Shown piece by piece: positions 1-12,708 of a DNA stretch of 62,760 nt. Position 1 is the first letter of the stretch. Every line of letters begins with the position of its first letter. The stretch is from the NCBI RefSeq assembly GCF_001194135.2, contig NC_069001.1, positions 29,223,428-29,286,187 of the forward strand, in the 5' to 3' direction. The DNA comes from Octopus bimaculoides. Lineage: Eukaryota. Below the pieces are notes generated by a model. The model was not told the DNA's origin. It made no database searches and was given only the letters and a program-made list of their open reading frames with translations. The position numbers and the translations under genes are program-made.

Positions 1-36
<36 letters not shown>
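1..36. repeat. (AT)n microsatellite
   Basis: Pure AT dinucleotide run at the window start. Confidence 0.95.
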
Positions 37-38
<2 letters not shown>

Positions 39-183
39 CATTATGTACTTATTAAATACATTGTTTTCAGAAATCGAACACGTATACTTGTAAACAAATT
101 GACGAAAAACGTTAAATTCACTGAAAACACGGAAGAACAGAGCAAAATCATACAAAGTCGCCAATGTCTCTCGGCCAAATTAC

Positions 184-252
184 CGAGCGCTATTTCGTGC
201 CATATCCGATAATATTGCTTCAACACTGGAGGCAACCAGCGAAAAAAACTTC
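184..252 (-). other. Candidate 69-nt exon of an unidentified minus-strand gene
   Basis: On the minus strand a long pyrimidine tract ends in TTCTCAG, followed by 69 nt and then CG|GTAATT. Two frames are open (KFFSLVASSVEAILSDMARNSAR or SFFRWLPPVLKQYYRIWHEIAL). No homology recognised. Confidence 0.25.
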
Positions 253-439
253 CTGAGAATACGACCAAAACATAACAATGCAAGATGGACAAACAAAGAG
301 GAAAAAGGAACAAAAAGATGAAATAAATAAACAGAATACGGCCTTAGGGCTAGACGACGAGAATAAAAAATTATAATATATATGATTAAAAGAGAATAAT
401 ACACAACTAAAAAAAAAAAGCCGTGTTCTAGCAGACATA

Positions 440-1090
440 CAAGTGTGGAGTAACGTAAAGGAGAATTAAAACTGTCCTACAGGACTAAAACACACATAAG
501 AGAAAGGTAGAGCTCAGGGAGTGTGACCGATGAGGTCGAAGGCAACGCGAAAAAGAATGACATCGACTTAGATCGTGACCGACCACGTGGTGGTGGGAGG
601 AGGGAAGAAGCGTTAGGGGATATATATGCGTGTGTATATATATCTATACATATGTGTGTGTATGTATCTCTGGATGTACGTATATATGTAAATATTGTAG
701 CAGTTGCCTATTTCTCTAGTTGCATATGTCGTTCATTTAACACATTTGAAGAGGTAACCGTTTACACACATATAAGTACTTAAACATTTTGTTTAAAACT
801 TTTTTTCTGCTAAGTAAGTAAATATATATTGAAATACATGCTCCTCTATATTAAAATATAGTGGTATATAATACTTACATATGTTTGCTACACATGCACA
901 CACACAAACGCTTACAGACGTACATATGCACACATGCGCTTGCACAGCTGTTATGTTTCCTTTTCTTCTACAAATATTGTAACTCTACTGCACATTCAGT
1001 CTTCAAAACGCGTGGGGAAACATATATACGTGAATAATTAACATCACACGCGGTAGGAATCAACAAAACTAATTTTGACACGTGATTTCC
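440..1090. promoter_or_regulatory. CpG-enriched candidate promoter or first-exon region
   Basis: CpG density looks higher than the flanks by eye. Contains an ACCACGTGGT palindrome (E-box core) near 583-592, a minus-strand GTATGT donor at 440 and a plus-strand GTAAGT near 814. Confidence 0.2.
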
Positions 1091-1111
1091 GTTCTCTTAA
1101 AGGCTACTATT

Positions 1112-1216
1112 ATGAGAGAGGGAGAGAGAAAGAGAGAGATAGAGAATGACAGAGATGGAGCGAGAAAGAGAAAAGGAGTGACATCTAGAAAGACAGAGAG
1201 AGAGAGAGAGAGAGAG
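1112..1216. repeat. (GA)n-rich purine tract
   Basis: Interrupted GAGA repeats. Confidence 0.85.
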
Positions 1217-1330
1217 GAATCTAGATTTTGTGTGCTTAATGATAGAGTATCTCTTTGTAGTTTTTCCGTCGCATTTATTCCTATTTATTCTCTCTTTTAG
1301 TTTCCTCCAATAATTTCTTTTTTTTTCCAG

Positions 1331-1538
1331 TTGACAGTTATGAAACATCGGAAATGTAAATAATGTCGTTTTGTCGCAAAATGAATGTTGGGTATTCCAC
1401 TTCAAATTTTCAATTTCCATGATATTGCGTTTATTTGCTTTCACTTCGAAACCAATGAAAAGCGTCGAATTTTGTCCAGTTAAATAAACACAGCCACTCG
1501 TTATCTGTTATAAATCGTACGGCAGTTTACTTATTGTG
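1331..1538 (+). other. Candidate non-coding (5'UTR-like) exon
   Basis: Acceptor TTTCTTTTTTTTTCCAG ends at 1330 and donor TG|GTAAGT starts at 1539. All frames are closed; only short ATG-initiated ORFs are inside. Confidence 0.3.
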
Positions 1539-1639
1539 GTAAGTATTACCACAAAGCGTTACGTTTTCTTGTAGACTTACGTCAAATTATATAAATTATG
1601 ATTATCATTATTATTATTATCATCATCATTATCAGTGAA

Positions 1640-1718
1640 GACGAACAGTACAGGGGTCGATGTGATCGACTTATCGCTCCCCTCAAATCCCATGTCTCAT
1701 GCCTGTAATGGAAAGGAT
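1640..1718 (+). mobile_element. SINE-A 3' fragment
   Basis: GGGGTCGATGTGATCGACTT followed by a CCCCTCAAAT... tail, matching the 3' half of the copies at 15807 and 44975. Confidence 0.5.
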
Positions 1719-1741
1719 TATTATTATTATTATTATTATTG

Positions 1742-2160
1742 ACTTTGCACAACTTCTAACGCTACAGCGTCAGCTGTTCACTACCAGTGAACTAAGGTAA
1801 CACCTCTTATTTTTCGAGCACTTTCTTATTTTTCGATCGGTTCCAAGCAGTGCTGCTTTCTGCAAGTGATTCACCCTTATATCAGCCCGTATTTGTTTTC
1901 CACGTTCTACTCGAGATTTTGGCTCAATTCCCAGGGCTTCGACAATTATTGTTACTACTGCTACCTTTTTCATCGACCACAACTGCTTAACTTCCCAAGC
2001 TAACCCGTCATATCTCTCGACTTTTCTTTCTTCCTTATCGCATACCTTGTTGGCAGCTGGGTATGCTATATCTATGATGCAGCCTAGTTTGTTTTCATTC
2101 CTAATTAAAACTGTCCGGCTTCCTATTCTCTATCTTATGGTCTCATTGCATCATAAAATC
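1742..2160 (-). mobile_element. 5'-truncated R4/Dong-type non-LTR retrotransposon 3' end (restriction-like endonuclease domain)
   Basis: Minus strand across one frameshift reads DFMMQ*DHKIENRKPD / NENKLGCIIDIAYPAANKVCDKEERKVERYDGLAWEVKQLWSMKKVAVVTIIVEALG...LQKAALLGT. This is the PD...D RLE motif and C-terminus typical of the R4 clade. It ends in a (TAA)n run at about 1718-1741. Confidence 0.8.
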
Positions 2161-2338
2161 ATTACTATTATTACCATTATCATGCTGCTTATCATTAATA
2201 TGTTCACCATATAAAATATACCACTGAAAAATTGTAATCGATTGCACCGAGTACCGCATGCGCTCAAATTTAATGTACTTGCGCTTAAAATGAAAAAAAA
2301 AAGAAGTTATTATTACTATTTATAATATATTCCTTTCA

Positions 2339-2369
<31 letters not shown>

Positions 2370-3040
2370 GTATGCGTACTCTTATTTGCATTACTTGATT
2401 ACAATTCTCTTCCGTACAAAGCACTTTGGGATATAGTTTCTTTTTCACTCATTAATTTTTCATTGTACGACAACACTGAACGAAATACGGATGCAGTGCC
2501 AACCAGTGCAATTATCTGTTTATTATACACGTTGCTTATTCCCTGGTGTTTTGGTTATATCATAGCACGATGTATTTTTCTGTTATCTTTCCTAAAGCAG
2601 TAATAATTATAAGGTTTTTCTGCTTTTAGTCACCATAATCGCATTAAAGGTAATACCAGACCCTCATATTTGCATTATTTATGCGTTTTTAGTAATTATT
2701 TCACTTTGTTCTTTCTAGTCTCATTATTTGATGTATCATCCGTTTGAGTAAAACGTGACAGTAGAACTTATTAGTTCATATAATGCTTTCTTATGTATTA
2801 CTCTTTTCATAATTATATCTCATGCGTCTATGCATTTCCTCTTTAATAGTATCAGCTTTCATACACTTGTAATTCTACAATTTCTAAGTATTTGCAGGTT
2901 TAACTTCACTGTAATGGTTACCAACATCCACCTCCATAACTAATATGCTTTCTTGTAATGTAACACATTACCATAAACTTTGCTGTTTAATTATTATCAT
3001 CATTATTATTATTATTTGCCATTATTATTATTATTGTTCT

Positions 3041-3132
3041 AGCCGGGGAGCTGAAAGTATTGTTAGTACGCCGGGCGAAATAATTGGCAGTATTCCGTCT
3101 GTCGCTACGTTCTGAGTTCAAATTCCGCCGAG
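3041..3132 (+). mobile_element. SINE-A 5' fragment (tRNA-derived head)
   Basis: GTTAGTACGCCGGGCGAAAT...TACGTTCTGAGTTCAAATTCCGCCGAGG; B-box-like GAGTTCAAATTCC. Confidence 0.7.
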
Positions 3133-6100
3133 GATAGCTGTATATATCCATATATTCATACATACATGTACATACCTACGTGTATATATAGATATACATA
3201 ATTACTAGCTATATTTGTATTTATTTATACAGGCATAGCTGTAAAAAGCAAATACTGCAATATCGATGGCACACGCAGCGAAATAATGCAACTGTTATAT
3301 TTACCAGATCTTGAATTGTGTACAAGTATTCGGACGTCAGTGTATAAATCTACAAAACTTTATATCCCTCGGAATGCTGAAATATTTGCATAGATAATCG
3401 AATTATATTACACTAAGAGTTGAAAAGTTTCTGGAAATCACTCGATCGACATTCCTCTCAGTTTACAATAGCAAGGAAAAAAAGGCAAAGCTGCTCCAAA
3501 TTATCACAGGTGCAATTCGCTGTATAAGACTTCTCCGATTATTCCACTTCAATTTACAAGGAAATTCGATTTACAGATACAAGATTCTTCTCGGGAGATA
3601 TTTATGTTGAGTTGAACTAATTCGTAGATCATTGATACAACATGACTACACAATTCTTATTTGAAGGACGTAATATTTCTCACAGCCATTTGCAATGAAA
3701 GAGTAACTTGAGACTTCGTGTATGTAAAATATACGAGAATGGAAATAGTTGTCGAGTGAACGAGTCAACCATGCAGCCGATGTGTGTTCTCTTGACCTTC
3801 TAGATATAACAGCTATATATCAATCTACTGAAATGGTATCGTTTTAAAAATGAATAATGCAACAGGATGAAATTATTTGATCATAGATACGCTTTATCAG
3901 GCTTTATTCGAGCTAAACTAGAAAGATTTGAACAAATTTACATTGCTTATGCGTCGTATATTCCATTGCTTTAAATATCAAATCCTAGATTTCTTCTAGA
4001 CACAAAATGTATACATAGATTATTCTACCAACATCCCAAGGACCAGCATAGAGGCAACCTGGGTCAACTTGACCTCCGCGTTTTATCCAAGTACCCGAAC
4101 GACCCAACACTCGGACAAATACAAGAGTACGTGCTCATAAATGAAACATCCCCAGTAGAAATATATACGTAGTAGATAATCATACACCCATACCTAGAGT
4201 ATGTATTTATATACCGGTAGAATAGATAGTGGGCTGTTATGTAAATGTAGGTACGTGTATAGGTATATGTACATATATGTAAGGAAATGGATATGAAAGT
4301 AAACAGGTAGAAATACTGACGGATAGGTACATAGGTTACATGAACAGACGATGACCCATACACACACATATTCGCAAATAAAGACTGCAACACACGACCA
4401 TATACACACACTCTTTACTTCACACAAGAACACATATGGAGATACACACGGGAATACATTTTTACAAGCAATTTAAATTTGTCTTCAGTTTGAAATATTT
4501 CTCCAGTCAGGCGTAGTGTTTTTTTTTAAAGTTGCCTTTGGTGCTATGAGGTTATCATCGTTTAATCCACAGATTAAAACACATCGTTCCTTGTTAAATT
4601 AGACCACGTTTTTCCTGGATGCAAATACAAGTTTTTTAGCAGTGAGTTTGAACATCAACTTCGAGGATTTTTCTATTGCAACTTAGCGAGTGCTATAATA
4701 GATGTTGTATGGAATGTATTTTTAACTGCGAGGTTAGTAAATACATAAAGATTGGTTGATGTAGAACCAATTTTACCTGACCATTGAAGCACTGATTTGC
4801 GCATTAAATGAGAAGTTTTAGCATTGAGTAACGTACAAATATTTAAGAAATAAGTGGTGTTAATAGTATAAAATTCATATAAATGTGTGATAACAAATAA
4901 ACCAGAAATGAATTTAATTCCATATAATTACTAATATAATTACGCTTCGATAAAAATTTTGTACAATATAGAAGCATTTGGAAAATGTACATATGTGATA
5001 TAATATTTGATGTAAAATAATATAATTGATGTAAAATCATATAATTTATACACCATATTATTTTTAATTCTATTTATATTTTTCTAATACGATTCTTGGG
5101 TCCATTGCCCTACATACAATTACTGTATTCGCTTACTTTTTCTTTTCATTTACAATGTAATTGAGAAATCTTTTTTTCACGATGTCATATAAATGAAGAA
5201 TTGTGTCTTAGATACAGGAGCATCTATAACTAGCAGAAGACACTAAATTTTATTAACAACAGCTCTCACCTCAGCGTTAATAATGTCAGCATAGCCGTGG
5301 TAACTATTACTAATTGCATGAAAATTAAAAAAAATATATACATATATATATATATAAACAGAAATAGCCGTTCCTTCAAGATAATTATTCTACTTGAAAT
5401 TTTAATCGACGTAAAAGCTTCTTTATTTATATAGAGAACATTTTTCACTACAAGCTGGCTTAACATGACATTAGATATTATCCAGATAGTTTGTGAAGCG
5501 GTAAATCACATAAATGAAACCAAATAGAAATATCAAATTGAAGAAAAAAGTATGGTTAAAGAATAAAGAGGAGAAAAAATAAATATACATATATAAATAC
5601 ATCAACAAACAAAAGAACGAAATGAAAACAAACAGAAATCGTCTCAATTTTCCTAGCATTTGTAATTCTTCTCAGGTTCGTTAAAGTGTTGAGAGTATTG
5701 TAAGACAAGACAGCACAGCTTGTGTTTGAGAGAAACACAGACAATGAGATAGAAAATTAAATAAAAGAAATGAAAAGAATATAATATTAAAGACAGTTGT
5801 GACAAGAATACGAATCTTCATAACTTTTTATTTTATTAATATGGTTACATAGTTATATTTAAGTGACACTACTGTTTTGAATCTCATACTAATTTTCTTT
5901 TTCTCTTTCATTTACAATATTCGTTTTTCCCCCACTTATCTGAAAATATTTCTTCTATCTCATACGATTTATGTTTAGTTTCTCTTCCATGACGCAAGCT
6001 AAATGATACAACTTTCGATGGTCAAAACGTTTTGGTGGAAATTAAAATCGTTTTGGTTTGAAAATCATAGCTACGTAAATAAAAGCAAAAATATGTGCCG

Positions 6101-6224
6101 AAGCATATTGATGCATACAAACGTGCAGCCTCCACATATCTTTGTACACATAGATATGTGAAGGTTGTACGATGCCTGAATGTCTAGTTCACTTGAATTT
6201 AATTTTTTTTTTAATCACAATACT

Positions 6225-6616
6225 CTTTTACCTGTTTCAGTCATTTGACTGCGGCGATGCTGGAGCACCGAGCAAACCGAGCCCAGGACTTATTCTTTGT
6301 AAGCCTAGTTCTTATTATATCGGTCTCTTTTGCCGAACCGCTAAGTTACGGGGACGTAAACACACCAGCTTCGGTTGTCAAGCGATGTTGTGGGGACAAA
6401 CACAGACACTCAAACACACACACTCAAACACACACACAGACATACATATATACACGACATGCTTCTTTCAGTTTCCGTCTACCAGATCCACTCACAAGGC
6501 TTTGGTCGGCCTGAGGTTATAGTAGAAGACACTTGCCCAAGCTGCCACGCAGTGGGACTGAACCCGGAACTATGTGGTTGGTAAGCAACCTACTTACCAC
6601 ACAGCCATTCCTGCGC
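6225..6616 (-). mobile_element. SINE-B (CORE-like, tRNA-derived), full length
   Basis: Minus strand reads GCGCAGGAATGGCTGTGTGGTAAG...GGGTTCAGTCCCACTGCGTGGCAGCTTGGGCAAGTG (pol III boxes plus CORE-like TTGGGCAAGT), then an internal (TG)n and a 3' tail. Highly similar to the copy at 10423-11006. Confidence 0.9.
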
Positions 6617-7442
6617 GTTTTTGGGGACAGTTTTTTTTTTTTTATAAGTGGACGCTTATTTTGGTAACATATCAGAAAAGGCAGTAGATTCATAAAGTGT
6701 TTGCATTTACAACACATATTGGTTTCCATTGCGGTTAGTTTGTGGGGTCCCATAAGGTCTAATATATTTAATAATTGTATACCACCATAAGGGGTACATT
6801 CAAGTCTCATGTCCCTTATTAGTTCTATTGATTATCCTATAATTCTGATCCTTAATTATTTTGGAAAAAAAAAAAATAACACTACGCCTTAACAAGAAGA
6901 TTGAACTTCAGATATGTTGAAGGTTGTGCATAACTGTGAGATTACACGTAAATCCGAGTAGTTAAACAGCTTCCACTATTACATGACAAATATGTTGGTG
7001 AATATATCTGCATGTTTAACCGTATTTATATAACTTCAATTACCTGTATTATATTGTTTAAGTGATGTTGACTGAATAAAATGATAATAGGACAAGAGGG
7101 CCAACATACGTTGATATGATCAGGTATCTTTTGATGTAATTTATGCTTTCTATACGATCATACTGTAGCAGAAAGTAAAAACCCATGTATTTTAATCGAG
7201 AGTTTGCAGGTATATGTTGTCAAAATCCTTGTCAAAAGCGTTGCCATAATCGTTATCAAAGCTAACCATTGCACACGTATAATTGTCTGTCTGTTTGCAT
7301 AGCTATTTACCTATTGCTCTACATACTTATTAATATATTGTATACGTAGAGACAGACATCACATACATACATATATATATATATATCATAAAAATCATAT
7401 ATATATATGCATATATCCATACATATATGTACATACTTACGT

Positions 7443-7443
<1 letters not shown>

Positions 7444-7501
<58 letters not shown>

Positions 7502-7577
7502 NNNNNNNNNNNNNNNNNNNNNNNNNNNNNNNNNNNNNNNNNNNNNNNNNNNNNNNNNNNNNNNNNNNNNNNNNNNN

Positions 7578-7643
<66 letters not shown>

Positions 7644-7660
7644 GTAGATAGATAGATAAG
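7444..7660. repeat. (GT)n - gap - (GA)n/(GATA)n compound microsatellite
   Basis: Direct reading; N run at 7502-7577. Confidence 0.95.
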
Positions 7661-8344
7661 TAGACAGATATGTATACACGTTTTTTTTTTAGAATATGCA
7701 TACTTAAATGTATGCATAAGCACGCATTTCATGTAACATAAAATGTATGGAGTTTGAGAGCGAACGGAACGGGTACATTTGAATGTTATATATAAAAAAT
7801 GGAAAAATTTTGTGTTTTTGAAAAGGCATTCATATTTTTACAATAACGATCTCTCAGCACGATGGAAGTCTCTGTAATAGTTTCACAAGTAAATGTGATG
7901 TGCGAAAGAAATATAAATGCAAAGACTAAAGCATTCTAAAATTTATGTATGGTCGAGGTTGGAACATAATAGCAGAATTTGAAGTCACTGAAGCAATTTC
8001 ATGTAAATATGACAAGCACAAAAACTGTACACACAGACACGCATAGAAACACTTATACGCAAACGGAGATAGTTTCTCCATACTTATATACATATATACA
8101 TTCGTACACGTACACACTCACACACACATACATATACAGAATGAGGAAGAGAAAAAGATAGAGAGATGAAATATACACGAGCAAGTATTATATATACACA
8201 CATATTTGTGCATGTTACTTGCATGGGTAATTCAAAATATGTACTCCGAAAAGCGAAATACCGTCGTGTTATATATTGCTATTGTTTTCATATGCATGTA
8301 CGCATGTATATATATATGTATGCATGTATATATGTTTCTTTCTA

Positions 8345-9585
8345 CAGAAGTTGGGCAAATAAATGGAAACACCTAGCGTCAGAGCATCATAATTTTGAAA
8401 TATCTATAAAACCAACAAATGCTTCTTATTTCTTTTTGTTTTGTTTTTTTTTGTTTTTTGGTTGATTATTAGAGTTGCTTAACATGTTTTACTAAAATTG
8501 CTGTTTCTTTCCAGGAAAAGGTAATTAAAATTCATTAAATTGACAGATCTATCGGAATTTCAAAGACGTCAAATTGTTGGTGCTCGTATGACAGGTGCTA
8601 GCGTAACAAAAGCAGTTGAAATTATTAGTGTATCAAGAAGTACTGTCTCGAAAGTAAAACCTCCACGTTGAAATAAAAGTCGAGAAGAAAATGAAAACTT
8701 TCAGTAAGGGACCGTCAGACTCTTACGCGAATTGTTAGAAAGCATCACAAAAGTAGAGCTCCCAATATTACTGCAGAGCATAATGGCTACCTCGAGAACA
8801 GAGTTTCCACAAAGAAGTCTTCGCCAGGAGCAGCAGAAAGCCGGATTTCACGGGAGGGCTGCAATCTGAAAAGCACTACTTTCAAAAACAAACGTTGTAA
8901 AGCGTTTAGATTGGAGTAAAGACCTACAGAATTGATCCCTAGAGCAGAAAAAAGAATGTTATTTTCTCGGACGAGTCATCCTTTACCCTATTTCCGACCA
9001 CCGGCCGAGAATACACGGGGAGTATTTGACACAGACTGCCTTCCTCCTACTGTAAAATACAGAGGAGGATCTGTGATGATCTGGGATGGGGAGGCTATAT
9101 CTTGGAAATCCGCCATCCCACTAGTTTCCCTTCATGGCAGAAGTAATAATCAAGACTAATTATGTATGTTAACTGCTCAAATTAAATTCATCCTATGATT
9201 GCAGAACTGTTTCCGGACGGAAACGCAATCTTTCGTGATGATAATGCACCAATTCACACAGTTAAAGATGTTACTGTATGGCACGAGGAACATTCTAAGA
9301 AGTTGAACATCTTATCTGGCCACCACATTCACCAGATCTCAATATTATTCAACATTTATGGTGCATTTTAGAAAAGCAAGTAAGGAGTCGATATCCTCCA
9401 CCATCATCACTACAAGAAATGGAGACTGTTTTAGCTCAAGAATGGACAACATTATTTTGGGAAAAAATTAAAATTTTGGTCGAGTCCAAACCCAAGCTGT
9501 AATTACTGCAAAGGAGGTCCAATCACATATTAAAACAATTTTGTTTGAAAATTTAAGGTGTTTCCATTATTTTGTCCACCCCCTG
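8345..9585 (+). mobile_element. Tc1-family DNA transposon, full length, decayed
   Basis: Left end TA|CAGAAGTTGGGCAAATAAATGGAAACACCT; the right end reverse-complements to TA|CAGGGGGTGGACAAAATAATGGAAACACCT. These are imperfect TIRs with a TA duplication at 8343-8344 and 9586-9587. Transposase relic inside. Confidence 0.9.
8540..9533 (+). pseudogene. Tc1 (DD34E-type) transposase pseudogene
   Basis: LTDLSEFQRRQIVGARMTGASVTKAVELL (HTH); VIFSDESSF (about 8957-8985); GGSVMIW; DDNAPIH (about 9237-9257); WPPHSPDLNIIQHLW (about 9317-9361, catalytic E reads as Q); ends GGPITY*. Several frameshifts and stops. Confidence 0.85.
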
Positions 9586-9607
9586 TATCTATCTACCTAT
9601 CTGTCCA

Positions 9608-9614
<7 letters not shown>

Positions 9615-9651
<37 letters not shown>

Positions 9652-9688
9652 CTCTCTCTCTCCCTCTCTCTATCCGTATATCTCTCTG

Positions 9689-9753
<65 letters not shown>

Positions 9754-9860
9754 TGTGCGTATATTTAATCATATACCTCTATTTTGGGATTGTAAGAAAG
9801 TGAGTGAGTGAGAAAGTGAATGTGTGGGGGACAAAGAGAGAGAGAGAGAGAGAGAGAAGG
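9615..9860. repeat. Compound (TA)n/(CT)n/(TG)n/(GA)n microsatellite
   Basis: Direct reading. Confidence 0.9.
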
Positions 9861-10422
9861 AGAGATGATGATGATGATTGTGGGAGAACGGCGAGACAAA
9901 GAGAAGATAAATAAAAACAGTGAAAGATATATCTGTCGAGATACAGAGATAGAACGAAATAAAGCGTAATATAGTAGACACATCTATCAATAACACTAAA
10001 ATGATTAGCCTCAAAGATAAACGTTAGATATAAGGCAATGGGAATTGTTAAAATATAATGCCAAGATGTATATGCCCTCGCAGCAGGCGCAGCTACACAT
10101 ATTTATGTTCATACAATCAGCTTTAAGTATTTTGGCTTGCATACAATTGACACGGAGCACACGATCTAAATTTAATTTAACATTATATATTGAATGGAAA
10201 GACATCAATAAAACATGCGGTACTTCTGAAAGATTCATATTTTATACGTCTATAGATTTACAATGGCACCTTCAACGCATACATGTCTAAAAACGGATAA
10301 TACGCACTGGGGCACACAGGGGCACGCACTGGGGCATACAGGAGCACGCACACACAAAGACTATCGTACTCACGAAAATAACCTTATATATTCGTACTAA
10401 TATAGCCATAGCTAGCTTACCA

Positions 10423-11006
10423 ACCACATGGGCCCGGGTTCAGTCCCACTGCGTGGCATTTTGGGCAAGTGTCTTCTACTATAGCCTCGGGCCGACCAAA
10501 GCCTTGTGAGTGGATTTGGTAGACGGAAACTGAAAGAAGCCCGTCGTATATATATANNNNNNNNNNNNNNNNNNNNNNNNNNNNNNNNNNNNNNNNNNNN
10601 NNNNNNNNNNNNNNNNNNNNNNNNNNNNNNNNNNNNNNNNNNNNNNNNNNNNNNNNNNNNNNNNNNNNNNNNNNNNNNNNNNNNNNNNNNNNNNNNNNNN
10701 NNNNNNNNNNNNNNNNNNNNNNNNNNNNNNNNNNNNNNNNNNNNNNNNNNNNNNNNNNNNNNNNNNNNNNATATATATGTGTGTGTGTGTGTATGTTTGT
10801 ATGTGTGTGTTTGTCCCCCCCTATCATCGCTTGACAACCGATGCTGGTGTGTTTATGTCCCCGTAACTTAGCGGTTCGGCAAAAGAGATCGATTGAATAA
10901 GTACTAGGCTTCGAAAGAATAAGTCCTGGGGTCGATTTGCTCGACTAAAGGCGGTGCTCCAGCATGGCCACAGTCAAAAGACTGAAACAAGTAAAAGAGT
11001 AAAAGA
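10423..11006 (+). mobile_element. SINE-B, near full length, with an assembly gap in its internal microsatellite
   Basis: CAACCACATGGGCCCGGGTTCAGTCCCACTGCGTGGC...TTGGGCAAGTG...; N run 10557-10770 lies inside the (TA/TG)n; ends with a (GTAAAAGA)2 tail. Confidence 0.9.
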
Positions 11007-11722
11007 ATATATATATGCACACACACATATACACATATATAAATATACATACACTCACACACATATACAAATCTATATATTAATAGACATATACATGTAT
11101 GTATGTATATATACACATATATATATATATATATGTATATATATGGATGTATGCATTCTTTTATACTTTTACTTGTTTATTATTATCATTATTATTACTA
11201 CTACTACTACTACTACTACTATTATCATTATTATTATTTAAAATAGTTTGATTGGACTCCATGCGAAAGTGCGAGTGAACAAGAGAGACACTTGTATATA
11301 TCTCCAAAATGCCTATTCCAATAAGAATGTATTCTTCAGGCGGAAAAAAAGGCGTGTTACTTAGTTTTCAATGTAGTGCGTATATTACACGTCACAGATA
11401 TAGGTGTAGGCCTTGCGAAGGAAATATGTAACAGAGTATGATATGTAGACAATTCGAGTATATATTCCGATACTTGAAATGCCAGATATATTCAAATCAA
11501 TGAGAAATGAAATTAAAAATTAATCATATATAAATGGGTGTGCGTGTTTGTGCGTGGATATTTGTGCGTGTGTACGTATGTGTGCGTGTGTGAGCGCGTT
11601 TGTGAGTTTGCGTCATGTATCCCTATATAGATATATGCATACATAGATTGTTGAATACGTTTATTTACGTGTAGCCCTTTTATATACACTTACATGCCTG
11701 AAGCAAAAATTTATGAGACATC

Positions 11723-11784
<62 letters not shown>

Positions 11785-11993
11785 GTGTGTGTAAAGACTA
11801 TTTGCCAAGACGATGTGTCTGTTATGAAAGGGGCGACATTTCTTGGGGCTAAGCAGCAATAACAATCGTCCCTTCAAATAGTCTTTAGTTTAAACTCCTA
11901 CCAAACATCACTCTTTGAGAGATTCAGAAATAGTAATNNNNNNNNNNNNNNNNNNNNNNNNNNNNNNNNNNNNNNNNNNNNNNNNNNNNNNNN

Positions 11994-12037
<44 letters not shown>

Positions 12038-12708
12038 ACCTTCAAGACTGCTAAAATGTAAGAAAGTATACTAGTCCTTTAATATTCAATATTTCATTTA
12101 TTCAATAGGGCAATCAATACTTCATTTCATTTTACTATACCTACTATATATTCTATATCCTACATTAATATTATAAGAATATAAATAAAACATTAAAAAA
12201 TAGACAGAGTTGGAATTCCTTTGAATAATATATATATATATATGTATACATACATATGTGTGTGGGTGTGTGTGTATTTATGTGTGTGTGTGTATTTATA
12301 TGAATGTGTGTATCCCCGTTGATACATCAGAATTGTTGATTTACAGGGCACAAATCAAGTACTGGATATTTTACAATATACTATAACTGAACCCGTTTGC
12401 TCCCCAATACGTAGAGAAACTCCTTTTTCGATCGTCAGCTGATGAAGCGCGTCTTCTCTGGTTTTGCCATAACCATAACATAAAAATACCTTCAAAGATT
12501 TCAAGAACTCGTAAACAGTTTAATAGGAATCTAGTTTCATTGCGTGGAAAAGATTCGGAACTATGTTCAATGAACATATAATATATCTATGCAAATCAGA
12601 TAAGCCGCATGTTTCCTCTAATAAAACATGAAATGCATATAATGTAGATCTTCATATATGAATGGCTTCTGTCTAATAATATAACAAATATTATTTGAAA
12701 GGAGATTA

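Noticed and set aside
3405-3670. Possible non-autonomous mariner (TAC...GTTGAAAAGTTTCTGG start)
   Set aside because: No convincing matching inverted end.
12387-12581. 64-codon open plus frame (LNPFAPQYVEKLLFRSSADEARLLWFC...)
   Set aside because: No start codon, no flanking splice pair and no recognisable motif.
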